DNA from: Octopus sinensis
Lineage: Eukaryota
DNA length: 64,000 bases
Direction of reading: 5' to 3'
Assembly: GCF_006345805.1 (NCBI RefSeq)
Contig: NC_042998.1
Location: forward strand, 8,556,001-8,620,000
In this document: positions 1-12,137 of the stretch, piece by piece
How positions within the stretch are numbered: the stretch's first letter is position 1
How the letters are laid out: every line of letters begins with the position of its first letter
Notes under the pieces: generated by a model
What the model saw: the letters and a program-made list of their open reading frames with translations, nothing else
Told to the model about the DNA's origin: nothing
Database searches by the model: none
Position numbers and translations under genes: made by a program

Positions 1-477
1 TTTAAGAATCATTTCAAACGGATTGTTCGAAAAGCTCATAAAACAAAACATACCTTAAAACAATTGTTTCTTTTTGTTTTTTAAAACAAAACTTCTTTCG
101 AGACAACTAATTTGTCTCTTTCATTCAGCTCTCGCATTCCCTAAGTGTACATGTTACATAACGCGTGTGTATTCGGTAAATCTTTTAAAAATAAACATCT
201 ACACATTAAAGAGTAAACTATAGAGTTGGGTGTATCTTAGACTTTGGTCTTTTGGTCACTTTAGTATTTAAATAATCGTATTTTCAAAGCCCATTGTGTT
301 CATGTGTATTACTAGTTGTGTACATTAGCAGTTCTCATTCTTCGTGGTTTCAACTCCTGACAACCATCTGAAATATCGACTTTTCTCAATCAATTAGCGA
401 AATTTCAATGACAGATTTCACTGTATGTAGCAATCGAAAACTCATGTAGAGGTTCCCTCTTTAGCTCGAGAAATGTC

Positions 478-1425
478 AGAGATGTTTTTAAAAATTCCGT
501 TCTAGAGATTTTTCACTGAAGTTGATGACTGAATCAAAGCAATAATTGAATCTGATTGTCATAACCGTGCGAGAGATTGTAGAGAGATTAAATGTATCAC
601 ACAACAATTGAAAATCACTTAAAATGTCTTGAACTCGTTAAGAAGCTCCATATTTGGACCCTTGTGGGCACTAAAGAAATAAGAAGTTCGATATTTGGGC
701 TCCACATAAATTGAAAGAGATTCACTTAATACAACGTATCAATATTTGCGATAAGCATCTCGAACGCAATGAAATCGACCGTTTTATTTTTTTTAAATCG
801 CTTGTGAGGAAAAATAACATCACTCGAAAACGATCATGGCCCAAGCCTGCTGAATCAGCGCAAACCACATCGAATGCTGAATTGCATAAAAAAGGCCATG
901 CTGTCAATTTGGTGGGATTACAATGGTGTTGCGTACTTTGAGCTGCTTCCAAGGAACCAAACGATCAATTCAGATGTTTAGTGTCAACAACTAATGAAAC
1001 TGGAAGCAATAAAAAAACGGCCAGAATTGGGAAATCGTAAAGAAATCTTGTTCCACCGTGACAACGCTAGACCACATACGTCTTGGCTAACTCATAAAAG
1101 AATTATTGGAGCTTGGTTTGGAAGAGATGTCACATCGAACATATAGCCCTGACCTTGCTCCATTTGATTACCATTTATTTCGAAGTTTGCAAAATTCTTT
1201 GAATGGTAAAACTGTCAATATTGATGACCTGAAATCGCACCTGCTTCAGTTTTTGGCTGATAAGGACCAGAAGTTCAATGAGCATGGAATCATAAAGTTG
1301 CCAGAAAATAACGAATGGTCGAACAAATTGGAAAATATATAATTGATTAAAGGTCATTCTTTGCATGAAAATAAAAAATAAAGTTCACACTAAGAAACCG
1401 AAATTACTTTCTTGCCAAGTCAATA
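478..1425 (+). mobile_element. Mariner (DD34D) transposon remnant, 5' end lost, frameshifted
   Basis: Translation gives mariner motifs IWAPHKL (WVPHEL-like), FHRDNARPH and YSPDLAPFDYHLFRSLQN. A right TIR-like sequence aaaccgaaattactttcttgccaagtcaata lies at 1395-1425. Confidence 0.9.
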
Positions 1426-1639
1426 GTATAGTATGCATTTTCTCTGAGAAAATATATTTTTAAGAAAATACTTTTCGTAATTGCTCTATACTTTTCGAAT
1501 CAGTAAGTTTTCTCATTGTTTAAGGCGGTGTTTAAGAGGGGGGGCGAGCAATATGCAATATTCTTGGCTTTTATGTCAGAAGCTAGGAACTAAAACAAAT
1601 TTGGGAAAAGCAATGAGCCCTCATGAATTCCAGCATTTG

Positions 1640-2330
1640 GAGACTTTATCATTCTTTGATTTGATACTTATTACAGTTGAACGGTATACTGAAAACATTT
1701 CATTTGAATACGAAACACACACCTGTTGGAATTCAAAAGAATTCTTAGAACGAAAGTATCTTCACCTTTGGCACAACTTGTCAAAATCGTTGCCTATAAT
1801 ACGTGTAGTAGCAATTTTTTGTTACCAGATGCGTCCCGTTGCAAAGTCTAGAGACAGATTCCAAGAAGAATTATGGAGCCGTCTTTCTTAATGATTAACG
1901 AACATGGTGAGATTTTTAAGATTCGGCAAACTTGAAAGCCTACGTGGATTTATGTTATCTACCGTTTCATTTATTGGGGCTAAAATAGCTCTTTCTTGGA
2001 TCCATTCAGGATCATTGAAATAGAGAAATGATATTTGGGGTAAACGTTTGTCACCAACTCATTTACGTCTCAAGCTCAAATTCCACATTAAAAACGGTAT
2101 TTGTATTAGTTCTGTCAACCAACAATTGGAAGCTGTAAATTGACATTTTACAGAATATCCATTTTTCAAAGAACAACCACGAGATTCGTTGGCAAGGATA
2201 ATTTCTTGACATTCCTCCAGAGAGAAAAAAACTGAGGCAGATACGAAAGCCACCTGCTCATGTGTCCTTAATATTGGGGAAATTTGCTGGGCAACAACAC
2301 CCAAGGAAAGAGAAAAGACTGTGTAGTTTC
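1640..2330 (-). mobile_element. Highly decayed hAT-like transposase remnant
   Basis: Minus-strand fragments SRWLSYLPQFFSL, DIL*NVNLQL and ATTRII...YFRSK weakly resemble the hAT RWLS and C-terminal dimerisation blocks. Many stops. Confidence 0.35.
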
Positions 2331-2744
2331 CGCGAGGCTAGTAGCACAAATGACAAGGTTTTCTGGTTTGAGAACTTCAAGGCAAACGGGTAGAAGAGAA
2401 CAGGTCCCTGTACGTTATAAGTTAGCTCTCCAAAATCATTCGATATTGTGGGTAGGCCTTAATTTGGGCAGAGAAAATATGGTTGCCTTGAGAAATACAT
2501 GATGAAGTCCCTAGACATTGCAATAACAGAAAAGATTAACATTATTGTGCTTCCTCTGTGTCTTCTATACTCTCATGACGAATACTGCAGTTGGTTGGCA
2601 TTCTACATTTTGACGTTAAGATATACAGAATGCTATTTTGAAGTAATAGCACTTCTAATAACGAATATGGTTTCGTGTGTGTGCGCGTGCGCGGCCCCCT
2701 ATCCACCCCCTCACACACACACACACGTATATGTTAGTCCGTTC

Positions 2745-2955
2745 TCTAATATTGGTTTCAAATTTTGGTACAAGACCAGCAATTCTGGAGTAATTCGAAC
2801 TACAACGACCGCTTATCAACTGGTACTTATTTTATTGACCCCGAAAGAACGAAAGGCAAAATTGATCCCGCCAGCACCTGAACTCAGAACGTAAAGTCGG
2901 AAGAAATACCGCTAAGCATTTTTCCGGTACAGTAACGATTCTGCCCACTCGCCTT
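2745..2955 (-). mobile_element. tRNA-derived SINE (family D here), degenerate
   Basis: Reverse-complement similarity to the intact copy at 27651-27877 (ggcagaatcgtta...acgttctgagttca...cggggtcaataaaataagtaccag). Confidence 0.7.
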
Positions 2956-3036
2956 CTTTGTTCGTTCGTTCTCTAATATTAAGCATAATTCTTCTATTTC
3001 GCAGGTAAATTATATGCATCATCTCAAGGCTAATAA

Positions 3037-3074
<38 letters not shown>

Positions 3075-4060
3075 TTGTCATCAAGACTGGAAAAATCTTA
3101 CCAGCGTGACTGTATTGCATGCAATTTGTTTCCTTGAGATATTACGAGAGGGTCAGGACCTTCATCTTAATAAACAGTGTGACGTAGCTTTTTCCGGTAC
3201 AGATTTCTGAAAACATTTTCCTTTTGCCATGCATGACATGCTCCAGTTGACTTCGATAACTTTTAGCTTGTGCTGTGCTCTAACATTCTTTGATCTTATC
3301 TATTTATCTGCTTATATTTAATTACTTGTCGAAGTTAGAATTATGACCTGCCTTAATTTGAATTTAGTCATTCGTACTGCTTTCAATTGCGCAATTGCTT
3401 TATTCTTCTATTTTTATAGTTCCACTTAAACATTTACATCTATATTTTATTGTTTGTATATATTTTCTATATTTTTCTAATTCTTATCTCGTCTAAACTC
3501 TTATACCGACTCAGATCACTAAAACGTTATACTGTCACATTTACACAGCAAGGGGTTATTTCATTTGGCATTCGCTCTTTCTTTTTAATAGATTCCTTTT
3601 AATCTTTCCCTTCTCTCCTTCATTCCTCAAATTTTACGACCAGTTCTTGATAGCCGTGCTTCTCAAAGTGATACAATGATCTTTTCACTTGTCTTTCATT
3701 CTTTACGTTCTCTTTCTTGTTCTTGTTTCCCTTCCTTTTATACTCCTCATTCTCTCTCTCTTTCTCTTTCTCTCTCTCTCTCTCTTTCTCTCTTTATCTA
3801 TCAAACCCCTTCCTCATTTTTTACTAACATATTTTTGCACTTGACTTCATGTATTCATCTCTCCATTAATAATTATTTTCCCTCTTTCTCAGTCTTTTTA
3901 TTGATGCCTGTGTATTATCTTAAATATGTGCCCTGCTACTTTTGCATTCGCATCTGCTACTTATCCTTCCGACGAAAATATTCGGCAGTTGTCACTTGAA
4001 GATATTAATATATCATGCTTCATGCGAGTTCATAGTATATTTGCTTACTTGCTACGTATG

Positions 4061-4859
4061 TACCCTATTTTTGGAAAGTAAATTGATTATACGGAGGTTA
4101 AAAAGATATATATATTTATGAATTAAAATACTTACAAAGTTCAAAATTGGTTATGTGTTCATATTAAGGCGCAGTTGATATTTTTTAATAAATGTAGTTC
4201 TTTGATTTAACCGTTGTTGTATATAAGTTGTTCCATTCCATTGGTATATAAGGAAAATGTTGAAGTTTGATCGGTGATACCCCGCCCATCTCTCTAGTGC
4301 TCACTTAGTGTTGTGTCTATGGCTTGGGAAACCGATTTGTTCTCTATGCAGCGTTGCTCTCCGTCTGAGAGACCTTCTTGCTTGTCCTATACAGTTGTAT
4401 CCACATCCTGAATAAGTAATGACGTAGATTAAGTTTTCGAATGCACAGGTGAACTCAGCTTTAATTTTGAATGTTTGTCCTTGTTTGAAATAGAATTCCG
4501 AACCTTCCAGTAGGTTGGGACATATTCCAGAGTTAGGTCACCTACATTGTTTAATTCTTGGATCCATTGTTGTTAGGTATAATGTTACAGCTGTCAGTAT
4601 TCTATTTAGTAATTTTGGTTGCTTTTTACTTTTAATGATTGTGTGTGAGAGTATAAGTAAATTTTGAATAAAAGTCTTATATACCTTGTTGCTTCGAGGT
4701 TGTTAGTAGATTTATAGGGTGGTATTTTTAAATTGGGTGTGCTATTTCGTTTTACTTCTCTTAGTGTTTGGATATCGGTTCTCTTGGCATATTTCAATTC
4801 ATAAATATATATATATTTTAAATGTACATATAATCAATTTACTTTCCAAATATAGGGTA
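4061..4859 (-). mobile_element. Penelope-like element 3' fragment (linker + GIY-YIG) bracketed by 64-bp inverted repeats
   Basis: Minus strand 4163-4795 translates to blocks such as HTIIKSKKQPK, PNSGICPNLLEGSEFYFKQGQTF, FTCAFENLIYVITYSGC and FIKKYQLRLN, collinear with ORF 6641-7468. IR arms lie at 4061-4124 and 4796-4859. Confidence 0.85.
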
Positions 4860-5184
4860 GTTACCTCCCCTGCTTATAATAATATCAATCATTGATTGCC
4901 TTCCCTAAAATTTATTTACCTTCCGATTCATTTACACAATACCAGTTCTCTTATCAACATGGAATGAAAGCATTATGATAGCATGAAATTATATCATTAT
5001 CATCACTAACTACTAAGTCATGACTACTAGAAACGAAACCAGCCGACTATGTAAATATTTTATTTCATATTTTTCCAACAAAATTTCTTTGCATTTTCCT
5101 TCATTACACACACACACGTATTTATTTTGATCGAATCCTCCGTGTGTTAACATGGGCCTCCTAACGACAATGTAAACTTCAGTT

Positions 5185-5402
5185 AATCAAGATACTCTTG
5201 GGGTCCTATAAGAGCTCTTGTGGTTATATAGTCGTATCTTAAAGTGACTTTCCGTTGCCACAACATATTTCCGTGTATGTGTCCTTACGTTATTCATGCT
5301 GTTGTTTTTACAGCAGTAGCACCGATAGCGACAGCAACACACACATACACTTACACACACACATAAATGTTTATTTAAAACCGTTTGTTGTCCACTCACC
5401 TG
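5185..5402 (-). repeat. Left inverted-repeat arm of the main PLE; contains a GIY-YIG remnant of a second PLE clade
   Basis: Reverse complement caggtgagtggacaacaaacggttttaaataa-(GT)n-...KYVVATESHFKIRLYNHKSSY aligns at roughly 80% identity to 8329-8545. Confidence 0.75.
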
Positions 5403-5404
5403 GG

Positions 5405-7468
5405 TATATCTATATTTATGTATACCCCCTCGAAAGGTAAGAATAAAACACTTGATGATTTCTGTGACCACATATCAAATTACCCATATCAACATATGCA
5501 CAAACAAAAACACAAACCAAACTTCAGCAAAAAAGAATGGGCTGAGTTGAACAAATTAAAACTAGATAAAACAATAACAATCAAAGAGGCCGATAAAGGG
5601 AGTGCTGTTGTCTTAATGGATACGACATTTTACATAACTTTGGTACTTTCTATGCTGGAAGACACAACATACTATGAAAAGGCACAAAACTACAGTCAAC
5701 AAAAAATAATGAGGGAACTAAAATCCATATTAAACCCATACAAAGCAGGGCTAACCGACAAAGAATATGATTATATGACCAATTTCACAAGTAAAACTAG
5801 CCAATTCTACGGTATACCTAAGATCCACAAAAGTGAAAAAATAAGCAACGCATGCAAGATAGCTACAGACAAAATAATTAAAGTCCCTAATCCTAATGAC
5901 CTCAAATTGAGACCCATAATAGCAGGTCCCGCATGCGAAACCCACCGCCTCAGTAACTTTTAGACACCCTGTTAAAACCACTCCTCAAACATGTCAAAAG
6001 CTATATAAGGGACGACTTAGATATGCTCAATCACCTACCGAATACTATAAACAAAAACACCATACTGGTATCCTTCGATGTAGTCAACCTCTACTCCAAT
6101 ATCCCCCACAACCTAGGACTAGAGGCAATCCAATTCTGGCTAGAGAATCACGCCAACGAACTACCACACCGCATCAAAAAAGAATTTGTGATAGAAGGGG
6201 TTAAATTCATCCTGGAAAATAACTTCTTCGCCTTCAATGACAACTTCTACCGAAAAAATCGGGGACTGCCATGGGTACACGAATGGCCCCCTCCTTTGCC
6301 AACCTAGTCATATGATACCTAGAGATCAGTCTGTATCGTAAGGTTCTAGAAAGATATGGCAGCCCTTTCTCCATCTACATAGAAAACAACTGGAAGAGAT
6401 ATCTAGATGACTGTTTCATCCTTTGGCATAAAATATAGAAAAACTCATAGAATTCCAGAAAATTTTAAACGGACTGGACGTAAACATCCAATTCACGATG
6501 GAATATAGCCAACAACAACTCCCTTCCTCGATATCCTCATTAAGAAAGCTAATAATATAATAGAAACAGACATATACTATAAGCCTACAGACTCTAAGCA
6601 ATATCTTCCATTCAATTCATGCCACCCCAGACACACCAGGATGAATATCCCCTTCAATCTAGCAAAAAGGATATGCACTATAGTCTCTAACGCAAACACC
6701 AGAGACACACGACTACAAGAACTAAAAGATACCCTAATCACCAGGAACTATCCACCTTCACTTATTGACAAATGCATTCAACGTGCCCTTCAACTTAACA
6801 TCAAGGAACTGAGACATCCCAAATCAAAGAAAAACTTACAACCAAAAGCCTTACCATACATCTCCACACACAACCCTCTCAATAACGAAGCCTTCGACAC
6901 CATCCTCCACAACATACCCCTCCTAAAAAAAGACCACAGAATGAACACAATCCTCCAAACACACACGATCATAAAAAGCAAAAGACAGCCTAGATCCATG
7001 AAAAGTCTCCTTACACAAGCCCGAATTCACTCTTCAACACAGAAGCCGACAGTAAAAAAATGTGGAAGACCCAATTGCGGGATATGCGACTATCTAATCG
7101 AGGGTTCTGAGTTCTCCTTCAAACAGGGACAACGTTTTACAGTGAAAAGCAACTTCACATGTGCTTCGGAGAACCTAATATACTCACTAACCTGCTCCGG
7201 GTGTCAAGAGCAGTACATAGGCCAAACAAAAAATGGTTTGCGTAAACGAATGGCCCTGCACAGATCCCAGATAAAAATTCCCCAAAACAGAAAAATAGCT
7301 TTTAGCCAACACATAGATACTTGCGCCAACAAAAAAACACCAAACTTCAGAATTTTCCCCCTCTACCAATTTAGGGACGATACAACCTCGAGACAACGAA
7401 TAAGTAAAGAAAATCTCTTTATTACAAAATACAAGCCACTTCTTAACGGGTCTACGACAAACAATTAA
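5405..7468 (+). pseudogene. PLE reverse transcriptase-endonuclease pseudo-ORF (about 3 frameshifts and 1 in-frame stop)
   Basis: Motifs IKEADKGSAVV, FYGIPKIHK, LRPII, LVSFDVVNLYSNIP, GTAMG and RYLDD (6400-6411), FLD, YYKPTDSKQYL, CGRPNCGIC linker, NLIYSLTCSGCQEQYIGQT...RMALH. Confidence 0.95.
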
Positions 7469-8170
7469 TATACCTCAACTTTAGAATAAAAGAAAAAAAT
7501 ATATATACACACACAAATACTACACTCAATAGAATCCATTACTAATCAGCCCCTTCATAGCTATATTTACATTCATATTCTCCCTTCTCTGTTTTTTCTT
7601 CTTCTTCTTCTTCATCATCATCGTTATCATCATCATCGGCATCATCATCATCGCCACCATCATCACCACCATCTTCTCCTTCTCCTCCTTCTTCTTCTTC
7701 TTCTTCTTCATCATCATCGTTATCATCATCATCGTCGTCATAATCATCACCACCATCACCATCATCGTCATCTTCTCCTTCTCCTTCTCCTTCTTCTTCT
7801 TCCTCTTCTTCTTCTTCTTCTCCACCCCCTACCCCTTAAGTTTGTCACTAATGTTTTTAGTATAACACCTACGCTAATTCTATAAAGAAGCCTGTCAATA
7901 TAAATATTCTCCTGAATTGAACTGAGACTGCCAGCCGCCACTGACCATTCAAAATACGACCATCAGGGCACTCCCAGATTCTCCCACCCCCCTTTCCTCA
8001 CCAGCCTTCTCTCTACTACCCTACCAAGAGCTCACAACTACCTCGAACACACAAGTGCAAACAAGGGAGTCAGAGAAAGGCAGAATGCCACTTAAATCTG
8101 AACACTACTATAGAAATATTCTTTTAAAAAAACTTTTCTTCTAATTTTTCTAAATTTAATTATTTAATCG

Positions 8171-8215
8171 TTACAGTTGAAAAGGTCTCAAAATGACCGA
8201 AACCGGTACTGAAAT
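8171..8215 (+). ncRNA. Minimal type I hammerhead ribozyme motif with U3-A8 core variant
   Basis: cag|TTGAAAA|GGTC-tcaaaat-GACC|GAA|A-CCGG-T|A|ctg. Stems I and II and a palindromic stem III are all present, with a GUA cleavage triplet at 8206-8208. Confidence 0.75.
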
Positions 8216-8271
8216 GTTCACTATAAAATTATTTTAGCATTTTCTATTTTTTACTTGTTTTTTCATATATA

Positions 8272-8328
<57 letters not shown>

Positions 8329-8358
8329 CAGGTAAGTGGACAACAAACTGTTTTAAAT

Positions 8359-8398
<40 letters not shown>

Positions 8399-8750
8399 GC
8401 CACTATTGATGCTACTACTGTAACAACAACGGCATCAAAAACGTAAGGACACATACGCGGAAGAAATATGTTGGAGCAACGGTGGGTCACTTTAAGCTAC
8501 GACTAAATAACCACAAGTCCGTGCAGGATCCCAGAGAGGCGCAACGTTACATCTTTGGCCAATTATAGCATTTAAGAGAAGAGTGGACGCCATATAGGAT
8601 TACATAGAGACTACTGAAATGGTCTGAACCACACCTCAACGGGAGCAGATGATGCAAACTTTGTTTAATCAAGGATTCCTGTGGCTGCTTCATAAATTCC
8701 AAAGGGGAATTCTTTTGTTGGTGTTCTCGTGAGATAAAATTCATGTAGGC
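8329..8750 (+). mobile_element. GIY-YIG remnant of a second PLE clade; right inverted-repeat arm of the main PLE
   Basis: KKYVGATVGHFKLRLNNHKS, then WSEPHLNGSR*CKLCLIK (CxLC-type C-terminus). Starts with caggtaagtggacaacaaac. Confidence 0.8.
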
Positions 8751-10678
8751 GATATGAAATTCCCCGCTTGCTGACATGTAAATGAAAATCGTACGTAAAC
8801 AAACCCTTTTCGGGCATAACTGGAATCGGTCAAAAGGGTTCTCACTTCGAAGAATTTTATTTCAGAGTCCTGAATGGTCATACCTAGATATCGCAAAACA
8901 TTCTGTTCATTCAGCTGAGTCTACTGTTTAGATTTCTTGGATGTACTCAATAATGAAAAACTCGATACAAAAGATTTATTTCTCATTTACCATAAAGTGA
9001 ATTTACGACAAGAGTAGATTATAGTGAGAATTTCTTCAAAAGATCCCTGGGATAACAATTAAGCTGGCCAGAATAATATAATTGAAGGTTATTCAAATAC
9101 AAAAAAAACAGGCTAGATTTAGCATTTTTGCTTCTGCTTGACAACCGGGGTTGATTTGCTTATGCCCTCCTAACTAAGCGGTTCGGCAAAAGACCTCAAT
9201 AGAATAAGTACGAGATTTTAAAAATAAGTACTGGGGATCGCCGCAGTCCTATTACTGAAATAAATAAAATATAAGTTTAAATCTTGTTCGGTTAGTTAGA
9301 AAGTAATACTGTAATAATAAACGAGTTTTCAAAAGTGTAACATTCGTTGGTTCATTGTTTTACACAGTTAAGTTGACGCATTCTATTTTGATGTCTTATT
9401 TTGCAAATAAAAGTAAGTAACCTTGTACAATATATATTTTGCAGATGTTGTTAAAAATGGCTAAAAACTTTCCGTACAGTATTTTCGACTATTATGTGTC
9501 ACTGACATTGCCTGCAAAATATAAAATAGTAGAGAGATTTAATTATATGTTCTTGAGATTCTAGCAAAATAAGTATACCATCTTTTCAACTTGTGCCCAG
9601 CTGCATGGAAGATAACATGTGTTATAACCAAACCCTGAAGTTGGACATTTTAAAGATAGGCAAAGAAACTATTTTCATTTGTAAGACACTGACATTATTA
9701 TTATTTCTATGTCAGAAGAGTGTATCAAAGTGCCATATACTTAAAAACTGGAGACATTTTAGTTGACATTAATAAGTTAATGATGTTTTCGTTGAAAACA
9801 TCGAATCTGGTATTTATTTTAAAAACATTTATATTACATATTCACTTCCCTTTCCTTCGTGAATAAACCTGAGACAATTATGTAATTCATCTATTTTCTT
9901 GCTATTAATTTACCATAAAGGAGAATGCAGTGTAATATTCTAATAAGCTGGTTCCACTGTTAAATTCTGTGTTTCCGAGAAGTGTGGCTGCAATCTACCA
10001 GATTTTAGATTAACTGAAGATTTGTTAAAATTTCTTTATTTACGACTTGTATGAAACTGAGGCAAAAATGGAAAAGAATTGTTGCTGTTTCAAACCTCGG
10101 ATCATGCAGCTGACTCAAAGTTTAACACTGAAGTAGGAAATCATCATCATCATCATCATCCATGCTGCAATAAGTCTTCATTCTGTAAACTTCTTTGAAG
10201 CTGGTGCGGTGGAACAAACTTATGAGATTTAAAAAATACTTAAATAATAAATATCTGTCCATAACGAACTTTTCTTTTTTTTTTGAGAAAAAGTTATGAA
10301 TTTAAGTTGTTTTCATGTATTTATTTACCTTAATTATGATTTTTTAATAACATTTTAAAAGAAAAGTCGGTTATTTTGACATTATCAAAAAAAGAAAACG
10401 ATGTAAAAACAAACGACGTATGAATTTAAATTCAAGATTTGTGTTCTTACCTCTGATGCTCAATTCTTCTTTGCAGGTGTCATAAATTCAAAAATCTTCT
10501 TTTGTCTCTTTCTACTGTTAAGCAGGCTGTGAATATCGTTTTCTGTTGAAAATATGTGTTTTAAACTCACAGACCAAACCTTTGAACTGAGAATTTTAAG
10601 TTCATTGATTAATTCAAAGTACTTTTGAAAATCAGGTTATTAACTTGTTCTTAGTCAATTGTCTCCTCTTCCAGATCA

Positions 10679-11075
10679 TCTTTATATATAAAAGTCAAGT
10701 TGTGTGTCTGTCTCCTACGATTTAGATTCCTAACTACTCCCACATTTTGCGGTGGAGTTTAACCAAAACCGGGTATCTTATAGTCGTGATTCATATCGAG
10801 GCCTTCTGGGTATTAGCGCGCGTCTACGATGAGTCTACGATTTAAAAAAAAAATTACCATCATTTTTTCCATTTTAATGCATTTTTTCGCTATTATATAA
10901 GGGAAGTAACTCTCTAAAAATGTCTACGATGAGACAACGATTTAAAAAAATATTTACCATCATTTTTTTTCCATTTTGAATGCATTTTTTTGCTATCTTT
11001 TGGCTATAACTCTCTAAAAATGCTTATATAGTTATTTCCCTTACAAACCCGAGCAACGCCGGGCGATACTGCTAG
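10679..11075 (+). mobile_element. Non-autonomous Helitron
   Basis: A|TC 5' end and a 3' hairpin cccg-agcaacgc-cggg followed by CTAG|T. No TSD. Contains an internal ~100-bp tandem duplication. Confidence 0.85.
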
Positions 11076-11389
11076 TTATTTATAGATTTGGAATTTATCA
11101 TTTGACTTGTAAAATTTATTTTGCTTTATCTGGATTATTGCAACATTCTGTTTCTCTAGTTTCGAAATGTTTTAGTTCTGTGAAACTAACAGCGTCATAT
11201 TTTAATTCCTTGAGTTTCTTAAATGCGTATTGCAGCTCGTATTCCCCATTTTCTAAACTCAATTCAACTGATGTTTTTTCAAGCGAATCTTCACTCATTG
11301 AATTCTGTATTTGTTGACCTGAATTTTTCCAGCAATTTACAATTGTTTTTTTTACAACCGTATCCATGCCTGGACTGACCAAAAAAGTA

Positions 11390-11730
11390 CTTTTCCCTCT
11401 TGAAAATGCATATTTGGCTCGGTGGTTATACCTTGGAATTTTCTCATCAGGCTTGTTTACCAGGGTCTCATTACTCAGCAGTATAATCAACGATTCCGCG
11501 AGGTAAAGGTCACGTTTGTTGGATAGGAAATTACATGGGTGTGCATTTTCTTTTATTATTGACCGTTTCATTTCGTATTTATATTTTCATTCTTTCAGTC
11601 CCCATATGAGTTCTGCCAGGGAAGTTGCTTGTCGTCTGTTTATTTTTCGGAATGACGAGATGTGGTGCGATAACGGACTTTGAATTGGATACCGTAGCAC
11701 CTATGTATACGTATTTGTGTTGGGGTGTAA
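11390..11730 (-). mobile_element. PLE GIY-YIG endonuclease remnant (second clade type)
   Basis: KYVYIGAT, then after a frameshift HHISSFRK...SLAELIWGLKE...KRDLYLAESLIILLSNETLVNK...HRAKY. This explains the start of ORF 11116-11571. Confidence 0.75.
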
Positions 11731-11731
11731 G

Positions 11732-11764
<33 letters not shown>

Positions 11765-11898
11765 ACGCGTGTATATACAGATTATATATATACATAATAC
11801 ATATGTATGCATGTATATATATATATACATATATATATATACAGATTATATATATATTATATATATATATACATAAATATATATGTATGTATAAATAT

Positions 11899-11934
<36 letters not shown>

Positions 11935-11954
11935 ATATATAAACATATATGTAA

Positions 11955-11985
<31 letters not shown>

Positions 11986-12137
11986 CACATAATCACATCG
12001 AAGAGAACTGGAAATTAATAGAAATGTTCACTCAATACTTTAAGTAGTGTACAGGATATTAAGTTTTAGAAGAGGGTGTCAATAACTGAGCTTTCGGCCA
12101 TCTAGCAGAAACTTCAGTCACTGTATGCATATTCATA

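Larger units (their letters stand above)
5405..8275 (+). mobile_element. Penelope-like retroelement (RT + C-terminal GIY-YIG), 5'-truncated, with long 3' UTR ending in a hammerhead motif
   Basis: Collinear PLE motifs run across ORFs 5385-5963, 6023-6307 and 6641-7468. The UTR holds CAT/TCT repeats, a hammerhead motif at 8171-8215, then (TA)n. Confidence 0.95.

Noticed and set aside
11102-11571. 151-aa minus-strand ORF that looks like a host exon
   Set aside because: Its N-terminal half is the C-terminus of a frameshifted PLE GIY-YIG domain; the rest is read-through into flanking DNA.
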